DNA of 64,000 nucleotides from Perna viridis (Eukaryota). Below the pieces are notes generated by a model. The model was given only the letters and a program-made list of their open reading frames with translations. It was not told the DNA's origin and did no database searches. The DNA is taken from positions 11,470,001 to 11,534,000 of the forward strand of contig CM074512.1 of assembly GCA_037379345.1 (NCBI GenBank), read 5' to 3'. A program made the translations under genes and the position numbers. Positions within the stretch are counted from its first letter, which is position 1, and each line of letters opens with the position of its first letter. Positions 26,401 through 41,400 of the stretch are shown one piece after another.

Positions 26401-29400
26401 ACCCAAACAGGAATTAAATTTCTTTATGAACATCAACATATAATGCCATCCCTTCCTGTAAAATGTCATCAAAATCCCTTGAGCAGTTTAGGAGGGGTTT
26501 TAACATGTCAATCTTAAATTGAATTATCTCCCTTAGGAGTCCACAGACAGTAATTACATTTCTTCATGCGCATCTACATACAATGCCCAACCTTTCTACA
26601 AAGTTTCATAAAAATCCATTTAGCTGTTAAGGAGGTGTGCTTACAAGGTTTCAGCATGTAAAATCCTTAAATTGTTAATTTTTGCGGCTGCATATTCCCT
26701 TGTATCAATTTTGCAGATTCAAAAAATGATAAGTGTTAAAAACTAAAAGGTACTATATTTAAGGCTTTTATATTGACTGCGAAAATAGGGAAAATTACCT
26801 ACACTGACAAAATTAATACTTTTACAGTATCTTCCTTTGCAACAATATTAAAAACTGATTTAAGCTGAACATCTCAGTAACTTACAATGAAAGCTGTTGG
26901 ACTGCCAATGTCAATTAGGCAAAAAAACAACAACACAGAACTAGACTGTAACAAATTTGGATCTAGAAAAAACTTTTTCTCCAGGATTATGGTTCAATAA
27001 ATCAAGGTAAGTTTAGAAACAAGAAACAGACATATTTTTTCACTGTTTCTATGAGTTACCTACTTTTAGCCTTTTCTTTGTCTTTCATTTCAGGAACCTC
27101 TTTAAACAGTATATTTTTCAGAGTAGGTTTTGGAACATTCTGGTGAATCATAGGGTTGGCATCGTCATCAGAGATCAAAGCTTCGATAGAGTGTGGTAAA
27201 TCCTTCATTATGTTCTCTGAGATATCACCAACTATCTGGTCATTACTCTTGTCGCTCCTGGAGGTGAATGGAAACAGAAAAAAGTTAGATCAAAAAGCAG
27301 TTACTGAACATTCATGAACTGTCAAATGTTCATCTTTGCCATTCCTCACTTCATTCAACAAAATCTTACATGTAAATATCAATTAACACAAGATATAAAT
27401 GTTACCACATAAAATTTTCTAATTTTTATTTAGTATTTAAAATACTTTGATGCAAGGGACGATATGGAACACTGCAATGTAATAATCTTTTCAATATCAC
27501 ATATTTTAATCATTACAAAAATCTCTACATGATTACTTCAAGTCATATTTGAATGAAATTTCTTAATTAAATAACACTATAACAATAAAGTTGAAAATGA
27601 TAGCACTTTCTGTATATCCATTACACCCTTCATTTCATGCATTATAAAGCTAAGACATTGTTGCTTTATGCAGATAATTGGACTGTCTGTGGAAATTTTG
27701 TAATACATGACGGGCAGAGGGGTTTCTTAACGCCCTTGGCTGTCATTTGGGGTCTCTCACACATGGTGTAAAGCATTGAAGCATTTACACAGTCCCCGGG
27801 CATAGTCATACCCATGAATGTGGGTCATGGTGTATTCGGGGAAATTAGGTGTCATGTGACCATGTTCATTCATTAAATGCATTACCACATAATTTAATGT
27901 CGATCTGTGACCTAGTGATCCAATTTGTAATCTGTACCTACAGCATTTGCTGAACCTTTGTCTCAGCAAAATACTTTTTGGGATAAAATTAACACTTTCA
28001 AGTGCACGTAGGACAGAAAGGTAGGTCAACTTAATGGTGCATGCCAGTCAATTGATGAGAAATCTCGAAGGCCGAAAAAATAATGTTAAGTTTTCAATCA
28101 TTGTTCTAAAATTTAGTTGGGTCAGTAGATAGAGATTTATTTTTATTTAAAATTTCTAAAATGGAATAAGTCATAGTGACACCAAACTTATAATACAATG
28201 AACCAAATATGCAAAAACTAATAGACTTAGTCCATGGCCTAATCACTTTTGTGATTCGGCGCTTGAGGTATTTTTTGTTTTGACGGTGGTGGTCACTCAC
28301 GGCATGTGTGTTTACAATCGAATCTAAATATACAACCAATATTTCTCCTTCTTTTTCCATCTAGGATAGAAAAAAACATCTACGGCTTTATTTTTTTACT
28401 TTTTTTTCTGAAAGACATTTGGCAGACTTTATCTTATTTTTTTTCAAAATAACAAATAAAAACTTTCGGAAAAGGGGTCTGAAGGAGGGGCAGTAGGGTG
28501 ACTGGAAATATAACATATTTTTAGGCCTAATAGGATGGTCTATTTATTACTCCAGCAGTGCTAGAGGTTGTCTGGCAAGCTATTTCTTATGAACAAATTA
28601 TTTGAATTATAATCAGAATGTTACTATCTTTATGGATGACATTACCATTGATAATGGGCTGATATGGATAATGTTGCCTTTGATGACCAGCCAAGAATTA
28701 GTTATCAGTCTGAGCCTAATATTAGCTTACAACTTATCAAAGGAACAAAAATGTCGATATCACTTTCAAATATATGATAATGAAAATTTTTAAGCAGAGA
28801 GATCAGTTGAAAATGTACCCAACAATACATTCAAACATGTGTGAACAAATTATAGTAAACATGTAAATTGATGTATTCAGGTATCCCATTGACTTGATTG
28901 GTAAGTCATTGCTGGTCATATCTCTGTCATGTCTTCAAATAGAAGAACTTTGGACTTCTGACAACCTTTATAAATAAGTGTGAAAAATTTAACAGCCTTG
29001 GTTGTATACTAATTATAGGGAGAGGTGTAATAGCTGAATCTTATCCCATGACATAACAGCCTAGATTATACACAGTCTAAAATGACATGTGACAAAAGAC
29101 CTTTACCCCATATAAAGGGAGACATGTGACAACAGAACCTTATCCCATGTTGCCTAGTTTGTACACAGACTAAAGGAAGACATGTAACAATAAAATTTTA
29201 CTCTATAGAACCTTACCCCATGATATTCAGGGTCAGCCTTTTTTGTACACAAACTAAATGGGAACATGTGAAAACAGAACCTTAACCCATGATATCCAGG
29301 GTCAGCCTTTTTTATACACAACCTAAATGAGAACAGGTGACAACAGAACCTTACCCCAGGATATCCAGGGACAACCTTGGCTGTACACTGACTATAGTTT

Positions 29401-32400
29401 CTATCATTTCTTCAGCCTGCATGATCCTACAAGCTCTCTCAGCATTCTCTGTCATCCCAAACACAGCAGGAGAATCATAGCTTGGTAATGTCTCTAGGTA
29501 TGTCACAATATTAGAGAAAGGTTGATTTGTTTTCAGAGGACGATATATCTGCAATGATTTAACTTATTTTCAGACAGTTATTTACAAGTGTGCAAATACT
29601 ATGGTTAAAAAGTAACGTGTAATGTTAGAAAGGAATTAAATTAAATTTTCTAATTATAACAAGTGAAGCGTATATTAAAATTGGCTCCAATTTTATCACA
29701 TACATATGGGAACCTAAAAGAAAATGTACACCAATTGTAGGAAATAAGTAAGTAGTTACAAATTGACCTACAAAGTGCATGGTTCCAATACAGGTAAAGA
29801 AAAAACAGCTACAATTTTTCAGTAAAAGATACAAAAGGTGACAAAGTGATGACCCCTTCATCAAAATGCTTCTTTCGACAGACAAATTTGAAATTTAGAC
29901 AAAAGATAATTTTTTTTTATTTTATGTCAGGATAAATTTTGAAAGACAAAAAAGAAAACAATAATGATCAAGCTAACTAAACACTACGTTTTCCTAAAAA
30001 GTAACATGCAATCTCCAGAAAGTTGTAAAGTGAGAATATCATCTATATTTAGCTCCTATTGCTGAACTTATTTGCTGAAAGAGATTTAAACATGCATATA
30101 ATCTAAATAATGAATAAGAAGCATTTTATGCATAAATGATTCACTGTGTAAGGAAAGTATAAATAGACTCACACAAAGTTTATGACAATGGGTCATTTTC
30201 AAAACTTTCAAATACATACTTTGTCCATACAAACTTCCCATATTAGCAAAATAAAATTTATTGATATATTTAGGTGAGTCTACTAGGCCTAATGTTTGTC
30301 AGATTATATTACTTGTAAACAAATTATCAAAGTAAATGATTTTCTTCAAAGGAACATTAAAACAGGTCCACAAATTATAGTTTATTTTTAGTGATACATC
30401 TACGTATAAAATCTGATGGATGATTGAATCCTTACACAGTTAACTAAGCATCCTGTGTACAAGGCTTACCTCTTCTGGTACCTGATTACGTAATGGTGTG
30501 TATATAATACATATAGATTAAGATAAAAATAAACAAAACACTACATGAATATTTTAAATAGTTCACAAAATATAGAAAAGGAATTCTAAATAACATGTCA
30601 TCACTATTACAGAAATGGACAAATTTCTACTAACTACTTTAAGGAAGGGTTATAAATGAATAAATTATGTTTTACCAAAACATTTTTTTCAAGATAAACC
30701 CATGTGTCTAGTGTTGTAGGGATAAGCTTAATAAAGAAATAACAGAATACACATACCCCATCAGGAGAATAACTGTAGTCTTCAGATAGGGCATCTGGGC
30801 AGAAAAATCTTCCCAGCAAAGCATGAAGACATCTCCTGTCCCACTCATCTGTTACACGTCCACCATAAGTTACTTCCCCTGTCAAGTAAGTCAGAGCTTT
30901 CCAGGGAACACTTGGGTGTTCAGTTAACAAGTTAGATAGCTGTAGCATGGAGACCTGTCAGAAATAAAACACCTTCTTAACAGATTGTTACACCAGACAG
31001 GACCAATAAATGTTATTTGAAGAAAAATACTGATCTTTAAAAGGCTATATCTAAAAGTATTAATTTAAATTCAAAATTTTGAGCCCATTTAAAAAAAATG
31101 TAATTTCTTCTGGTGTAAGTGTTATTTGACTTACTTCTAAATCTGAGTCATTGAACCCATATATGATATTCCATCCTAGACGCCCATACTTTCTCCTTTC
31201 ATGGATGACACTATTGAACAGACATAGACCAAACAGTAGTTTAGGCCATGCTGGACCAGGGCTGGAGTCTTCATACATTTTCTCTGATACAACACCTGTA
31301 CCAGAACCTCCAAATGTCCTCAGCATATTGGCTTTCAGGCCTTGTGGAGGTTCAACTGTCATCTAGATGAGTAAGAAAAATTAAAACAAAGTAAAACAAT
31401 CAGTTCATAAAAAAACTTAGATAATGAAAATGTAAAGTGTTTATCCATTTCACTGAAATACTTTAAATTATGCAGTTGTAATTATTGAAAATTTGCTTTG
31501 TTTTGATGATATGGGTTCCTGCCAAACGCATAAACTCTTATAGGGGTGTGTAAAAATAGGCATTGACTGAAAGGAAATCTGACTTCATGTTGCTAATTGG
31601 TTTTCTATTTTTAACCATAAAAACCAACCTCTGTGTGGAGCTATTATTATATTCCATACATGAATATTATACTCCAGAGGTAATTATTTTCCTCACCTTC
31701 ATTCCCATTTGTAATATAGATATTGGAAAGCTAGGATCTGGATTGGAACTCAGCCATAATCTGAACTGTTTATCTACCTCATCAGATGAGGCATTAAATC
31801 TAAAATATAAAATTGTCTAATTGATTATCTTCACAAAGTAATTTTAAAATGTTCCTTAAATTAAGAATAAAAACTTTTGAAAGAATAAATACAATTTATA
31901 GTGTTTTACAAAGTAATATACGTGTGATATTATTGTCAACCATATTTCGGATCAGAGTAGGATCAATATAAGAAGTTTGTTCTGCACTGAAAAGTAATTT
32001 GGGGTTAGGATTTTAAAATGACAAAAATATTTCTAAATTTATGTTCCACCAAATATTTGATAAAACCACCATACTTTTCAACAATAGCTTGAAGCCTAGG
32101 CATCCAGGAAGAGGCTAAATGACAATTCTGTAAGAAGACCCATCTCCCCTTCAGTATTTTGGCTTTATTTATCAGCTCCTCAGCCTTAGGTCCCTGGCCT
32201 CTACCTAATGATATCATATCTAAATGGACAGTACTGCCTCGTTCTTCCTTGGCAAATCTAATCAGCTGACTAGCTGGGTCTGTACCTAAAACCAAAACAA
32301 CACTGCCTAATACATATAAAAACATTATCTCCATCATCTATGTCATGGAGACTTCAAGGACTTCAGGGTGTTTCACCACTTCACTTCATCCATGTTATCA

Positions 32401-35400
32401 TGAAGACTATAAGTGTTTCATAACTTCACTTCATCACCTTTATCACAAAAACTACAAGTGCTTCATAACTTCACTGCATCACCCTTAAAGCGAAGTAGAC
32501 ACATAAAATTTTTCTCAAGAGCAATTGATATGCACTTTTCAACAATATAAACAAGACTTTAATGAAAAAGTGGTTGACATTTTAACTAGAAATCCTGTTA
32601 GCAAGCTAACAAAGAGAATATCCACCACTTCAAATGAAGTTACATATATAATTGGAAAGTTCAATTATCTGCCTTTAAGATCCTTCAAAAGTAACTATCT
32701 CCTTCATGCACATCAACATTTGATGCCCAACCTTCCTATAAAAATTCATCATGATCCCTTAAAGTTTAGGAGGAATTGCAGTGAGGAGTTTTTAACATGT
32801 AAAACCCATATGTTGGATTATCTCCCTTTGGAGTTGTCCAACAATAATTTATTCCTTCAAATACATCTACATATGATGCCAAACCTTCCTATAAGATTTC
32901 ATTGAAACACATCGAGCGGTTTAGGAGAACTGGGCTGACAAGAAATGTGGACAGACTGAAGGATGGACAGATGAGGTAATTCCTATATACATTGTATCCC
33001 TTCCCCAAAACTTTTTTTTTGCATTTTATATATGCGTAATATGGCAACCAAAGTGAATGTAAAGTTGGAATATAAAATGTGTAAATTGGCGAAAAATCAC
33101 TTGACTTTGTGATATATTTCCATGGAAATTTAACCACATACATCAACTTACATATTTTCACAATTCTATTATGACAAGTTAACTTTTGACAAATATTAAT
33201 TTTGTTGAAGCCTTTACCTGCAGCAAATATAGCAGAAATTTTTATCCAATAAAGCCCCAAAACTCAAAAGGGAGCTTACATTAACTTCAATGGAAAATGG
33301 AAAAATCCCCCTCCCCAAATATCAAATATTGACATTTATAATAAACAATTTGTCAAAGTTTTGTGGACAATACAGCAAGCGCTTTTTGAGCCTAAGTCTG
33401 AAACAGAGAATTTACCCATTTTAGTTTAAATAAAGTCCTATAACTTGTAAACAAAAAATCAGAAATTTATAAAATTTGAAAGAGGGCTTAAATCAATGGA
33501 ACAATAAAACAATAAACCAAATTTCCATAAAAAAACAAATGGTGAAATCATTTTTAAGTTAAATCATTTAAATCTGGATTCATCTTTTCAATATGTCAAT
33601 AAGTGTTTAAAATTGGTGAGCTACCGTTAATATCTTCACTAAATAGACTCCTTTTATAAAGGAATATTTTTTATACTGTCGACAAAGGATAATTAACTGC
33701 CTACAATAAAAAATTTTTTTAATTACTAAGTATATCAAGAACTTCCTGTTTTTTTTTCAGAAAGTATCAAAATTATTCAATTAATTTAGAGAAAAAATTG
33801 ACACAAAGTTACCTGGTGACAAGATAAATATAAGTGGTGTCTTAGCTGATGATTCATCATATATCTCCTTCAGATCAAATGCTCCAGTGGAAAGGTAGCT
33901 ATTGGTCATTTGATCCTCTACAAACTGTCTCACTGATTCCACTAACTGTCCTGGTCTCAATACCTTAATCATCAGTAACCTTTGGAAATTAGCTAAATTC
34001 TCCCAGGCAAACACAATGCCATGTTCTCCTGCAAATAAAGTACAGCAGAAATTGTTAATAATGAATTAGTTTTAATCATTGGAAAATCATAGTACAATTT
34101 TAGAGTTGCTTAAATCATAATCTATGGTTTTCTTTTAAACAATTTTCCGCCAACATATACATATTTTGTAAATTGATAAGGATCAGTGTGTGTAAATTTG
34201 TTAAGAAATCTTTTAAATCATGTTTATTCTAAAATGTTCACAAGGGTGTTACAGAGAGATGGATAAATAGTTTGACTGACAGATGGAAGGATAAATGGAG
34301 TAATAAAGAAAAAAAACTTGATATAATTATACCTTCTGGGTTGGTGAAGACTTTAGCCATCAACTTGTATGTATTATCTGAAGTATAGAACTTATCCCAT
34401 TGATTTCTGTTAGACATGATACTACGGCAGAGTTTGTCCATAACAGGAAGAGTTGCCTCTAAATGTTGGCATTGTTGCCACATAGCCTCTGAGATCCATT
34501 TTGGAGGAGTTTTATGTTTAGTAGAAGATTTATCTCCAGCCTGAGCTTTTGATTCTAACTTTTCCATTGGAGTTAATCCTAAAAAAAAAGTTCAACTACT
34601 GAACAAACAATAAACATGAAAAGATTTGAGCAATAAGTTATGGGTAGTAAGAATGTTAGTAAGGATACAAAATTATTACCTTCATTCAATTTGAAAGTGT
34701 TTATCGTGTTTTTTGAATATTTTTAGTGACTCTCCTTCCAAATATACAATAACGACTATCTTGGTTTATTATATAATGATTATCTTTAAAAAATGTAAAC
34801 CATCACACTCATTTTCACTTAAATGCATTGAATGGTTTAGGACTAGAAATACTGGTGATATTCTCCTTCCATGTGGATATAGATATGTAAACCATTTAGA
34901 TGAATTATCACTAATAATCACATCACATTTTTTGCAATGTTAAAACATGGTGAATTTACAGTATCCTACCATCATGCTCCTCAATTGTCTTTTCATCCAT
35001 CATCTTTGCCATAATATTACCCTGTAGAAACACCTGCCATTCTAAATCTTCAATCTTTCCCACATCAGCTATATCCTTATACTTAGCATTAGCTCTCATT
35101 ATACTGGAGCACAACATAAAGGAGAAAGTCAACTGATGTTTGGCAAACAAAGCAACTGATACCACACGATATATACTGGATGTCAGTCTAAAACAGAGAA
35201 ACCTATGGTGTAAGGAACAAACAATATATCAAAAACTCTAAACATTGACATTTTTTATTCTAATTTTTTCTCAAATAAAAATAGAAACCATTAAAAAGAA
35301 GAAACCACTGTTAGTATCAGTTAAATAGCAATAGGATTAACTTTACCTAATACAAACACAAACCTATCCATGACAAGCCTTGATAAACTAAAACTGTTCA

Positions 35401-38400
35401 TATATCATTTGCTTTTAAAAAGCTTATTAACATAAACATGATATTCAGTATCATAAGTGTTTAATTAACAGTAATGGTATCATTGTAAACATATTTTTTC
35501 TCCAAGACAAAAAATGTTAACCCCTACAGCAGAAATTGTTGTAATATAAAAATGATAACTTCTAGGCAGAAATTGTTGTAATGCAATGCTTTTTAAATAT
35601 CTAATGGAGGAAAAAGAGTTACCGATTGATCATATCAAGCATGTGTTTCTTCAGTTCAGCAGGGTCATCTGTATTTACAGTTGGTCCTTTCACTGAGTCC
35701 TTTAACTTGCCCAGTAACTCCATACTTGCTTTGTTGTCTATACTAACACGACCAACACTCTGTCGACTCTCTGGGCGGATTGTTCCAGTGAGATGGGGGC
35801 TAGGCTTACTTTCTATTTCTTTCATAGCAACCATGTTTTGATTTGTAATACAAGAAGTAAACATATCTTGTTGGAACCAATCTAATGAGAACTGGTACAT
35901 AACATCAATCCCAGACAGATCAGCAAGGACAAAGTATAAAGTTGCTCCTCTGGTAGCAACCTAAAATAACCAATTTCTTCTTTCTAGTTAAATTGCTCAG
36001 CATGTAATATAGTCCATGGCCTGGGAGGAGAACCATGCACCCCCACTCATTAACTAAATTAAGATTTTCAGGTACCTTTTTACCTTCATTTACCAAATCA
36101 ATTTGTGGCCAAAGAATTTTCTAGGATTCTTATTCAATACAAGCCTATATTTGTATCCCACTGACCCAAAAAGACAAGATTTTTGTAACTCAATTGTTCA
36201 AGCCTCTCAGTCTTTCTATGTCATCATGTGTAAAGATACTAAATGAATACGGGAGTTATCATGTAGCCCAATGTCTCAGCTTTCTAATCACGCAAAAATA
36301 AGTGCAGTAACACTGAGGGGTTTGGAGATTAATTAAAAATATATACCTTACCCCACTGAAAAATTGCTTTAACTGACATTTTTCTCAATGTGAAAACCCT
36401 TAGAGTATTTATGTATCAGTAACTAATGGTTTATTTAGTATTTTCTGTTTAGAACCATCACAATTGATACTTCAAAGGTTCTTTTCAAGACTTGTGACGA
36501 TTTTTTAAAGTCAAAATTTATCAAAAATTGCACAAAAAAATATTTTTGATAAATTCTGACTATGAAATTGCCACAAGTCTTCAAAAGAACCCCAAAAGTA
36601 TCAATTGTGATGGTACTAATACTCTAGGGGTTTTGACATTGAACATAATTTATGCAATTTTTGGTGGGGTAGGGACACATTTTTTTCATTTTACTGCAAA
36701 CAACAAGCGTTACATCATTTGTAGGATTAGAAAGCTAAGACATTTTGCTATTTGGTGAAACCTATATATCTTAGTTTATTTTGTTTTGTAAAAAGAATAA
36801 GTTAGAAGAATAAAAAAAAACAAAAATTGGATTTTTGCCTCAACGAGGTACAAAAAGTGAGATAAAAATACAAAAATGCTTCAGTTTATTTTTTGGTGAA
36901 AAATTGATTCATAACTGGGAGGTATAATGGTACCAGAAAATCATATTTGGTTGATGAGGGGGTAGGTGCAAAAATGAGTTATCTCAGCCAACTTACTTAT
37001 ATAATGTTAACATATTTAAACGACTTTTTTGTAAAATTTCGAAGAAACAAATAATGTATATCACATGCAGACATAGCCTAGACGTTTCAGTATTTTGTTT
37101 ACAAAATGCTGGAATTTTGAAATGACAATGTATTTGTCCAGTGTAGTGGACGTGTTCTTCAACAAACGGTCGGCATTCCAATGGGAACAAATTGTGCTCC
37201 TTTACTTGCTGACCTATTCCTTCACTCTTATGAGGCTGACTTTATAGCTGATCTGATCCGAAAGAAAGAAAATCATTTGGCCAGATCCTTTAATCTCAGT
37301 TTCCGCTATATAGATGATGAATTATCTTTAAACAATCCTAAATTTGGGGATTTGATACATCGCATCTACCCCAAAGAACTTGAGATAAAGGATACTACAG
37401 ACACTGAGAAGTCAGCCTCATATCTTGACTTATACTTAGAAATCGATGGTAAAGGAAAACTATTGACCAAACTTTACGACAAATGTGATGACTTTTCATT
37501 CAGAATTGTCAACTTTCCTTTCATCTGTGGCAACATCCCTTAAGCACCTGTGTATGGAGAGTTCATATCACAATTCATACATTATGCCAGAGCTTGCCAA
37601 AACTACAGACTTTTTGTATCGTGCTAGAACTCTAACAAATCATCACTACAGAAGTTTTATGGTCGTCATCATGAACTTGTGGATCGTTATGGTGTATCCA
37701 TCTGCACCATGAAAACTAATTTATTCAATGGGTCATAGTTTTCCTTTCCTTGTTTGTCTACCCCAGACTTGACTTTTTATGAGTAACTCAGCGGGTGTTT
37801 CTATAAAAGCAGAGGATGCTTACCCTACCAGTGCACCTGGTCCATACTCTGAGTTTTTAGCCCAAGTTGCTCATTTGCTTTTGTTACATTGTATGTAAGA
37901 TTTTAGTTACTTTATGTTCTTTGTTGTGTATGTCTGTTTTCCATGTCTGGTCTTTGTCACTGGATTACATTCTTTTGATTACCGCTACAACCTTGGTTCC
38001 CTTGATTACTCTTTGTAAACCAGAATCTCACTTCCATAACAAATATAAGACACCATTTATATAAAAAAATATATATATAAAAAAACAAACAAAATAGTTA
38101 GGCTTTTTGAAACTTACTGGTAAATATCGTTGTCTAGCTAGGCTTAGCTTTTTCTCTGTATCTTCTGACTGAGATATGCGTTTATACATTGCTTCAGCCA
38201 TTCCTTTACTCTTCTGTAAAGTATCAACTAAATCCTGGTCATCTAAAATGTGACCTAAAAACACCAAGTTTTACATGTTTTTTTTCATAAATATAATCAT
38301 TTCTTGGGGGAGGGGCAATCATATCTATGGCTAGTATATTGGAATCATTAAGACTTTGTATGTATATTGACACTATGGGCAAAGTTCTTTTTAATATTTT

Positions 38401-41400
38401 AATGATGATATGTACAAATTCTTGGTGTCAGCAAACTTGGATTTTTAAAGCTATTGTCAAACCATAATCCAAAATTGCCATCTTATTCTTCAAATTACAT
38501 TTAAAAAGTCTTCTTTTTACTAGTAAGGATGAAAAAATGTTTTCTTGTAAGGTTTTGATCACTAAAGCCAACTTAATAACATTTACAGTAGCTATAGCTA
38601 TCAAGTATCATCAAAAGTCTGTATAAAGTAACAAAGAAGTTTGGTTAATCAGATTGTAACAGTTGTTACATGAAGATGTAGAATTAGTAAGTTATAAGGT
38701 GTATTCCTGGCAGGAATCCTGTAAGTGGTTCCAGAGAAAGATCTACACAGCTTACTGAAGAAATGATGATAAGTAACATCAAAATTACTTTAACCTTATG
38801 GCCACACTCATGTCTACTCACTGACAGGAGTCTTTCATCCTTTTGGAGGTTACTGATGCTACCAATCGTTCATTTATTTTCAAAATTGTTGGAAACTATA
38901 TATTTATCAACAGGAATATGAGAAAATTCTAGGATGATTATTTGTCAACAATGTTTTCCTACACATAGATGGCAGATCTAGAGATTAAAAAATTCTATTT
39001 AAGTAGCACTCCAGCTAAGGATTATGCAAAATGTGATTCATGGGTAAAAAGCCTACATATTTTTATTTTTGATATTTTGTTTGAAATGTCATAGTAAACA
39101 GAAATTAACATATAGTTTTTCATATAACCCGTGCTCTTAGGAGATAAAAATTATATAGAATGCACTGCAGATTTCAAAATTAAGGGAGATAACTCTGTAA
39201 ATGATGTTCAAATACAATAGAATCTACTGGATTTTCAATGTTGATTATCCCCTAAGAGCAGACAGATTTGAATGAATAATTACACATTTCATAGTATAGA
39301 CCTATAAAACAACTTAATTACAAAAATAAAAATATGTAGCCTTTTTTGGGGTGTAACACATTTTTCAGATTTTGCATGATTCTTACAAAGACAGCTACTT
39401 TATTAAGCATATGTGCCATAGATACTGATGTTTTTAGCATTTTAAACATAACAAAAAACAAGAAAGACAACTTTGATTAAAGACAACTGATGATTAAATC
39501 AATAACCAGAATAACCTGCTTTCCATGTTGTCCTGGTAGGTATACCCCATCCATATGAAACTACACACCAAATTGAAATCAATCCATCCATTGGATGCTC
39601 AGATTTTTGTTATGAAAATGTTCTCTATCATTTCAAATAGTGAAAAATGGCAAAGTTCCATAAAACTGATCTCAGACCCAAAACCACTTACAACGTACGC
39701 CTGGCACTTAATCTGAAATCAAACTATCAATTGGGAGCCAATATAATTGTGACAAAATTAAGACAGATCATAAAAAAGGGGCAGACAAGGTGATTCCACT
39801 TAAAAAAGTGAGGGTCTAGTATCATTATGCCTAGCATAAAATTTCAAAGACCTTAATCTTCCATATAGTTGCTAATCAAGTTGACATGTTTAAAATACTA
39901 TGAATATAAAAGCAATCCAACCAAAGATGTCATAGAAGTTGCCTTCACAAATTGAAGCTTGACCGATGTACATATAAAAGAACTAAGTGTCTCCCACTTT
40001 CAAAGTTGTGGGGCATAAAAGTATGTCAAATGTTTTGTAAAAAGACAACCAATATAGATTACTACACAGCATTTCCTATATCCTCTACCAGAGATGCATA
40101 TATACCCACCCTCTGTCTTCTGTAAAAGACTGAGAGATTTATCTTCAAGATCCCGCAGAAACTGGAGATCACTTGCTATACTTTCAAGCAGCTCACTTCT
40201 TTGGTTTTCAAGCTGTGGCTTTTCCTGTTAAATAGAAAGTTTTTTTTATATAATGAATAATTATATATACATTGTGATATAGGATTTTCCTACTAAAATA
40301 CAGCTTTAGTTGTGAAATAAAAAAATACCCAGGACTCCATAATGTTGTAGGCTTTAGTGAGGATAAATGCCTCAAAGACATTGAAGAGCTATTTATAGAT
40401 AACCAATTCTCTCTCACAATGTAAAACAAAATGACTAAGTGACCTTGACCTTTGACATATGGCCTTGTATATTTAAATAGTTCTTGGTTATTGATAAAAA
40501 CTAAATATGTGCCAAGCTTGGTCAAAATTAATTGAAAAGTTTTAATCATAGCCTGTTCCTGATTTCAGTAAGGAAGAAGACAGACAGAAGGTCAAGGTAG
40601 TAGTAGTAACATGTAAAACCCCCTCCATAAAATAGCGGTCTCATACACTTTCTTTTATGACCATAGCTATGTTAGTGATTGTACATTTCTTTATTCATCA
40701 TTTAAAATGGTATTAAAATTGTGCAAACAAATATGTTCATTGCAATTTTAATCAACAAAATAAGTAAGTTGTTTCCCTGCTATCCAACATATTCCAACTG
40801 AAAACAAACGTAATTATAAGTTTTTTCTTTAAGAAGAAAACATCAATATTAACTTACTGCAAAATTTTCAGTAGCAAATATTTCTTAGTATTGTTTTAGA
40901 AGAAAACTCATTCAATTACCTGTAGAAATAATTAGTCAGATGCTGTGCAGACAAGGAAGTTTCAGCTTTTAGCTAGACTTGTTATATAAGACATAAAAAA
41001 AATACATAAAACATCTTTAATTAACTGAAGTCTGACAGAGCTAAAATAACAGGGAAAGAAATCTATTTAAATCATGGTGAGCTTCAAGTCCTTACTAAAA
41101 GGCATAATACTTCTTCAGGAAATACAGAAAATGTCCAGTAATTGAAATTTCATTTTAAATTAAAAGCTGAATAAAATTAATTCTTTGGACCATACAATAA
41201 CAAAATATATCCAATTATGTTGCACAAGAGATTTCCTGACTCAATTTAATTCTTACTGGATCCTCTTAAACACTATGCTGTAAACCAGCTTATTTTTGAA
41301 AGCCATTTTTTCTCTTGCTAATTCCTTTGAAAAATCATTGCCAATAAGTCCTTTTTTTAAGAAAACATGATAGACGGAATCTAAGTATAAAAATAAATAA

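Noticed and set aside
32525-33260. ORFs of 126 and 123 aa in a dynein intron
   Set aside because: Overlap interspersed non-coding repeats; no recognisable domain or splice support
37118-37120. In-frame TGA in the PLE RT as possible selenocysteine (known for some clam Naiads)
   Set aside because: The position corresponds to Leu in the usual MLEFLIDN motif, and the copy also has a TAA and a deletion; ordinary decay is simpler
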